A stretch of 64,000 nucleotides of DNA, from contig JAPMXV010000061.1 of NCBI GenBank assembly GCA_026936335.1, positions 1 to 64,000 on the forward strand, written 5' to 3'. Source of the stretch: Mantamonas sphyraenae STR306 (Eukaryota; Protista; CRuMs). Shown here in pieces: positions 59,701 to 64,000 of the stretch. The stretch's first letter is position 1. Every line of letters begins with the position of its first letter. A program made the position numbers and the translations under genes. The notes beneath the pieces were generated by a model, which was not told the DNA's origin, did not search any database, and saw only the letters and a program-made list of their open reading frames with translations.

Positions 59701-62700
59701 GCCGCTGAAACTGAGCAGCGCGTCAATGTCTCCGCGTGTGCCCACGGCTGGACGGTTGGTCGCTCGGTCAAAGTACACCGTCAGCGTGTCGCCTGCGCTA
59801 AGGATGCCGTCGGCGTCGTCCGGATCACGGAACGCCAGGGCAACCATCTTCGGCCCAGGTGCATCCTCCCAATCCTTTGCAAAGCCCGGCAGCGGCACGG
59901 TCACGTTCACCGACGTCAAAAAGACTTCAAAGGTGAGCAGCATGGCCGTTTGGTTGGTCCATGCGGCCGAGAAGTTGGTGGTCCGCACAAACTCCAACTG
60001 GGTGTACGCCACCACGGCGTCGACCGTGTCCACGGGCGGCTTGCCCGTCTCCCGGTCAAAGAACACGTACATCAGCGTGGTAGTGGGACTGTACGCACGC
60101 ACGGCCTTGGGTTCAATGTGGCTCACCTGCACCATGTTGCTGCCTGCGCCACATTCGCACCACCGGCGCCCACATGCCCCTGGTCGCTCACTGTCACCAC
60201 AATCCTGTCTGTGGTGGTCGTGTTGAGCCAGTAGTAGCCCGTGTCGCCACGGTAGCGCAGGCCGTTCAGGGCAGCCAGCGCATCCGATACGCTGGCGTCC
60301 ATGCTGATGGTGCGCCCCTGTACTCCGCTTCCACCAGCCATCCACAGCCATCCGTGTTCCACGCTCACGTTCACCTGCATTGTGTTGCCGGCCAGGTCAA
60401 CGTCCGACAGCGTGTAACCCGTCACCGTGCGGTTGGTCATTTCGGCGACAGAGAATGCCCCCGGGACCGTCAGATACACCATGTCATTGATGGCGTTGAC
60501 CAGCACCGCCACGCTGCCACTGTCGCGCAGCATTGGTGTGCCATTGTCGCCTACACTCACCTCGACTGTGTCGCTGCCGTAGTAGTTGCCCACCGGAGTG
60601 TATCGCACTTGCGACAGTGCGGCCTGCACCGCCGTGACACTGCCTGTGGCATGCAACACACCTGCACTGCCACTGTTGTTGCCCACATGCAGCGTCAATC
60701 CTGTTGTGCTGGCCAACTGCAGCCCGCACCACGAGCAGCTCACGTTCAACTGCATCGAGGCCGCCCCGACGTCCACGTCGCTGGCGTTGATGGCTGGCAA
60801 CACCAGCCAGCCATCTTCCATCACATTTTGCGCTCCCGGAACACTCAATACGGGTGCATCGTTGATCGAACGGACAGTCACAGCGATGACAAGCACATCT
60901 CCCAATCCGCCAGCGTCGCGCACACGCACTTCAACCATGACCAGCCCGTAAAAATTGGCGGTTGTGTTGAAAATGAGGCCATTCGACAGGGCGGCATGTA
61001 CATCCGCTACCGTGGCGTTGTTCACCTGCAGTCTGACGCCGCTGGAGGCAGCATGCACGAGCAGGCTGCCGCTGGAGACAAACGCAACGGACGCATCTGC
61101 CACAGACACACTCACGTTAAGGTCCAGACGGCCAAGAGCATCCACGTCGCTCACACTCAGGCCACCGATGGTCAAGGTCGTATCTTCGTCCACAGCCGCC
61201 GTCGTTGGCCCACTCAGCACAGGTGCGTCGTTGACCCCGCTGACCACAATTGGCACCAAAGCGCTACTTTCGGGACGTGCACTGTCTCCACTGTGTGTCA
61301 GCGCGCGTGCATCCAACGAAAGTGCATCTGTTCCCTGGAAGTTCTGGTTGCTTTGGTACGCCAGCGTCAGCAGCCAAGCGTTCACGGCCGACGCGGTTCC
61401 TACGCCCTGTTGCCAACGACCTGCAATCATGTCTGACGTCACATTGACGCCCGTCACGTTGTCTGCTGTCAGGACGCCATGTGCCACGCTGGCATTGATC
61501 CACACCAGGCCGTTCACGCGCGTCGACACCGTTGCGTTCAGCTGGCCCAACGCAAATAGGTGTGCCTGGACGTCCTCGTCCACTCGCACGCCGCTCACTA
61601 CGTGTGATACGCGAAGGAAGCGATCCATGCGCACGGTGATGGTCACGGTGTCGTTCAGCGGTCCACCTTTGCCGATTCGACCCTCATCCGTCACAAACAC
61701 TTGCACTGTGTCCAGTACCACGTCTCCCTGCGGCCCACGATACACCATGCCCAGACCACCAAGCTCACTGTTGACTGAGCTTGCGTTTCCACGAACACTG
61801 TTCAGGCTCACGTTGCCTGCAGTGGCAGATACGTTCACCAGCAACTCGACACCTGCCCCATCCACATCCGACACGGACACGGCGCCCAGGTACAGCACCG
61901 TGTTCTCAAAGCCTTGTCTCGTGTGGCCACTCGCCAGAGTGAGCACAGGCGCATCGTTCACTGCCTGCACTTCCACCTGCAGCACGGCGCTCGCGTTCAA
62001 CGCCTCGCCCACACCCGTGTTGCCTAGATCAGACACATTCACCGCCACCCAGTCACTGCCTACGTAGTTTGGCGCCGATTGGTACTCCAGCGACGCCAGT
62101 GCGCCCTGCAGCTGGGTCAGCGTGCCTGTGAACAACATGTCCATCAGTCCGCCGTCACCTGATCCTTCGATGAATCCCAGTCCGCCGCTGCTGCCGATCC
62201 ACACGCGCCCCCCCTGTCGAGTCTGCACGCGTGCTTCCAACACACCACTCAAGGCGTCCAGGTCGGTCACGTTTACAGCGGGCAACGCTGTGCGGATGTC
62301 CTCATCCAGCACAAACACTCCTCCAACCGCGTTCACGGTGGGAGCATCGTTCACCGCACCCACATTCACTGTGCTTGAGCCCACGGCCACCAAAAGACCG
62401 TCTCCCAACCGCACTGTCACTGTGTCGGCTCCGTTAAAGTGCGCAGCGCTCGTGTAGCGCACGCCGCCCACCATCGACGCCTGCAGCGCCGTTTGCGTGC
62501 CTCGCAAAACAAGCGTGCTACCCACGGTGGTCAATTGCACACTCGGGTCGACGGCCACCACAGACATGCTTCCCGACACCGCGGTGAAGTTCAACGTCAT
62601 CGTCGCATTGAAAGCGTCCACATCCGATACGTTTGCCCCTGGCAGCACCAACACACCGTCTTCAGACACAGAGAACGGTCCCGAGGCCACACTCAGCACA

Positions 62701-64000
62701 GGGGCGTCGTTGACTGCCTGAACAGTGACACTCACTTGCTTGGTTTTCGTGGTTTCTCCCGGGGTTCCCGTGAACCCTTGGTCGCCGGCAAACAGCGTCA
62801 ACTCGTCGCTACCAAAGTAGTCTGCGTCACCACGATACACCATAGAGCCCAAGGCCGCGTTGACATCGGTCAGAGTGCCCTTGAAAGCGTGCACACGGTC
62901 GGCCACGCCGTCTCCTGTGCTGAACGTCAACCCCGTGGTGCTTCCCAGCGTCAAGACACCGCTGGTCACGGAGACTTGCATGCGCAACGGGTTGCCAAAA
63001 ACATCGGGATCTGTCACAGAGATGCCACTGAGTGTGAGATCCACATCCTCGGCCGCTGTGGCGGTGCCCGGTGCCAGAATATCGATGGGGTCGTTGATCG
63101 GATTGATCGTCAGCACCATGACCTTGGTGTCACCCTTGGGTCCATCCACAGCCGTTGTGTCCTCGTCGTTCATGCTAACTGTCAGTGGATCCTGGCCAAA
63201 CGAACCCGGTGGCGCAAGGTAGCGCACTCCCGACGTTGCGATCGCGTTGTTGATTGCCGCCAGGGTGCCCCGCATCGAAATGAACTGATCCTCCACTCCG
63301 TCGCCGACCAGAAACGTGACGCCGGACAAACCACCCAGAATGGTCAGTGTGCCCTTGGTCACGGTCATGTTCACCTGGATCGGCTGGCCCGCGCTGTCCA
63401 CGTCAAACACAAAGAACAGATTGACAAAGTCACGCGGCACGTTTTCGTTCACGTCCGTGTTGCCCGGCACACTCACGGTTGGCGGGTCGTTCACGCTCGT
63501 CACTGTGATCGCCAAGGTCGTGTTAACCTGGTAGCTGCCGCCTGCGCCCGTGTTGCCCAGATCGTCCACTTTGAAGAACAGCGAATCTGGCCCGTTGTAG
63601 TTCAGAGTGCCTCGGTACACCAGTGTGGCCAGTGCCGCGTTCAATCGGGTCACTGTGCCCCGTGCGCGAAGGCTGCCGTCCAGGTATCCGTCGCCCTGCA
63701 GGAACGTCAAGCCCGTTGTGACGGACATCGACAGTTGGCCGTTGCTTGTTCCCAGGGTTAGCTCCATGCTTCCAGTGCTGGAATCGATGTCCGACGTGCT
63801 GAATCCAGTCAGTGTCAGATCCGTGTCTTCACTGATCGTAAACGGTCCCGCCGGATGGGTGATTGTCGGCGCGTCGTTCACGGCCGTCACAACCACGTTC
63901 ACCACAGACGCACTCTGAAGCGCGCCTCCCACGCCCGTGTTTCCTTGGTCGTTCACAGTTACCGTGATCCCGGCCGTGCCAAAGAACTTGGCCGCAGGCG
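56749..64000 (-). CDS. Giant surface protein: >=10 bacterial-type cadherin/Ig-like (VNDAP) repeats, 3-4 DP..D...GD.LTV.FD repeats, three TMs, Pro-rich cytoplasmic tail; 5' end outside window
   Basis: ORFs 60123..63956 and 56749..60351 join by one added G at ~60144 or by a 38-nt GT-AG intron at ~60089-60126. Repeated (V/I)ND(A/P)P, S(V)SDVD and Y.....Y.G.D motifs. Confidence 0.8.

Noticed and set aside
1-64000. Alternative genetic code, CRISPR array or rRNA genes
   Set aside because: TAA, TAG and TGA all terminate conserved genes at the expected positions; no repeat-spacer array or rRNA-like sequence was seen.

Overview
This window is the left end of a linear chromosome from a GC-rich, very gene-dense, intron-containing eukaryote. 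It is probably a flagellated protist, based on the TTAGGG telomere, GT-AG introns mostly 70-170 nt long, and MNS1. About 190 bp of (CCCTAA)n is followed by a tandemly duplicated, spliced subtelomeric gene built from an unrecognised ~140-aa repeat that may be a winged-helix/H15-like domain (2 repeats in copy 1, 4 in copy 2). About 25 tightly packed genes follow: an unknown membrane protein, a TmcB-like PAS membrane protein apparently fused to a TauE/SafE-like domain, an SMP-domain protein, a PPIE-type RRM, ELL-like, CENP-A, CHTOP/FoP-like, a DCX-like/Zn/IQ protein, a PKD-like membrane protein, renalase-like, TCAIM-like, MOB1, F-box+Sec7 (FBXO8-like), an EF-hand protein, AFG2/SPATA5, AP-3 sigma-like, TRAPPC10, head-to-head proteasome beta5/beta7, NADAR, GNAT, SAP30-like, MNS1, a giant IQ coiled-coil protein, a HAD nucleotidase, and a giant cadherin-like-repeat membrane protein that runs off the window. 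About ten genes carry small frameshifts, mostly in homopolymers or microsatellites, which are most likely assembly indels. C/G strand skew appears independent of gene orientation and flips inside TRAPPC10. All family assignments come from motif recognition by eye, not from database searches.
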